Source: Octopus sinensis
Taxonomy: Eukaryota
Reading direction: 5' to 3'
NCBI RefSeq assembly: GCF_006345805.1
Contig: NW_021824390.1
Span: 1-19,024 of the forward strand
Length of the DNA: 19,024 bases
Shown: positions 18,110 through 19,024 of the stretch, piece by piece
Layout: each line of letters begins with the position of its first letter
Numbering within the stretch: position 1 is the stretch's first letter
Notes under the pieces: model-generated
Database searches by the model: none
What the model saw: only the letters and a program-made list of their open reading frames with translations
Told to the model about the DNA's origin: nothing
Position numbers and translations under genes: made by a program

Positions 18110-18150
18110 TTTAGTACCGGTTTCAGTCTTTGCAACTTTTTCAACTTAGA
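18110..18150 (-). ncRNA. Minimal hammerhead-ribozyme-like motif 2 (U3-A8 core variant)
   Basis: The - strand reads TTGAAAA-AGT-TGCAAAG-ACT-GAA-ACCGGT-A: core with C3U plus G8A, 3-bp stem II, GAAA, palindromic ACCGGU stem III, GUA triplet; stem I is imperfect. Confidence 0.5.
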
Positions 18151-18377
18151 GTAAAGCATGAAAAACAATTAAATTGTGGAAAAAATTAAATGAAATGTTT
18201 TTTTTTTTTTAAATATTTCCATAGTTTTCAAATGCAAGGGACATTTTCCTTTTTTCTTTCTGTCACTTGTTTCATTTTTACTCTTGTGAGGGCTTGGTAG
18301 CATGTAGTATATATATATACATATATATATACATACATAATATATATATATACATATATATACATACATACATATAT

Positions 18378-18773
18378 ACTTTGATACTTTGATACTTTGA
18401 TAGGTTTCGGCCATTATTGGCCCAGGCCATGTCTAACTTAATAGCACCACCTGGTGAAGTCTTTCAAGTCAGAATTTTGGCACTATGACCCACTCAAGTA
18501 GAGAGTTATTGTTTACAGGACATTCCGGGTGTAGGGGGTTTTTCCGGGATTTTTGAAGAATCTGTCAAAGACTTCTTGAACCCTATAGGGTCAGTTTCTG
18601 TTTTAATGTTTTGGTGTAATGTTAAAGAGAGCGGGGCCAATTGAGGTGAAATAATTGTGCCGTATTGTTGTTATGAGATGAGAGTGCGATTTTTGTTTTG
18701 GGCGGATGGCACGGCCCAAGCCTTGGATGTACCTTAAAGTGATGCCAACATCATTTGGGCAATGCTGATGGAA
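18378..18773 (-). mobile_element. 5'-truncated CR1-group LINE: frameshifted ORF2 C-terminus plus 3' UTR with (TATCAAAG)3 tail
   Basis: Translates in pieces as ..TTIRHNYFTSIGPALFNITPKH / IKTETDPIGFKKSL / IPEKPPTPG / NNSLLEWVIVPKF* (TGA 18469-18471). The 3' end is nearly identical to that of 10573-10900. Confidence 0.88.
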
Positions 18774-18825
18774 TATATATATATATCATCATCATCATCG
18801 TTTAATGTCTGATGATTAAACATAA

Positions 18826-18995
18826 GCAATACCCGATCTATGAATCTGTGGACAATATTATCTCATCTGACCTTCCCTTTTTTTAAGTTGTTAAAATGTG
18901 ACTTGAGTGAGATTTGGTTGTTATTTCTAATGAGTCCAGTCACCATGTAGAGATTTAGCTGCTATTTCTAACAGATCTAGCTACCACATAGAGGT
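18826..18995. repeat. Second, diverged copy of family E repeat with an internal ~40-bp tandem duplication
   Basis: TGACCTTCCCTT, then GAGATTTGGTTGTTATTTCTAA...CACCATGTAGAG followed by GAGATTTAGCTGCTATTTCTAA...TACCACATAGAG; same motif order as 4088-4273. Confidence 0.55.
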
Positions 18996-19024
18996 CTCTT
19001 TGGCTCATACATACATATATACAT

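Noticed and set aside
18400-18430. CR1 3' hairpin followed by GAAAC as a hammerhead
   Set aside because: The upstream core lacks the ANGA of CUGANGA; it is treated as an RT recognition stem-loop instead.

Overview
This is eukaryotic, AT-rich, extremely microsatellite-rich DNA with no prokaryotic genes, rRNA, true tRNA genes or CRISPR arrays. The SINE and LINE families look like those I know from octopod (coleoid cephalopod) genomes; that assignment is from memory, not a search. The window is best read as repeat-filled intronic sequence of a + strand gene, for which only one exon is well supported: a 54-nt phase 1-1 exon at 12834-12887 (xPDPRDYTEIMRGDQDIKG) with branch point, polypyrimidine tract, AG and GT. 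The remainder comprises: tRNA-headed SINEs of at least three families; three non-autonomous Helitrons (5' TC, 3' hairpin plus CTAG, A|T target); two CR1-type and one RTE-type LINE 3' remnants; two minimal hammerhead-like motifs typical of Penelope-like elements; three tandem arrays (152, ~129 and 49 bp); and long simple-sequence tracts. The most unusual structures are a perfect 230-bp palindrome (110-bp arms) lying between the two hammerhead-like motifs, chimeric Helitrons in head-to-head orientation, a covarying stem-loop at the CR1 3' ends, a dimeric higher-order 49-bp minisatellite, and a 129-bp array apparently amplified from the end of a dispersed repeat. Most long ORFs in the supplied track are low-complexity artefacts. 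Frequent small indels suggest a noisy consensus, so frameshifts and perfect repeats need read-level confirmation.
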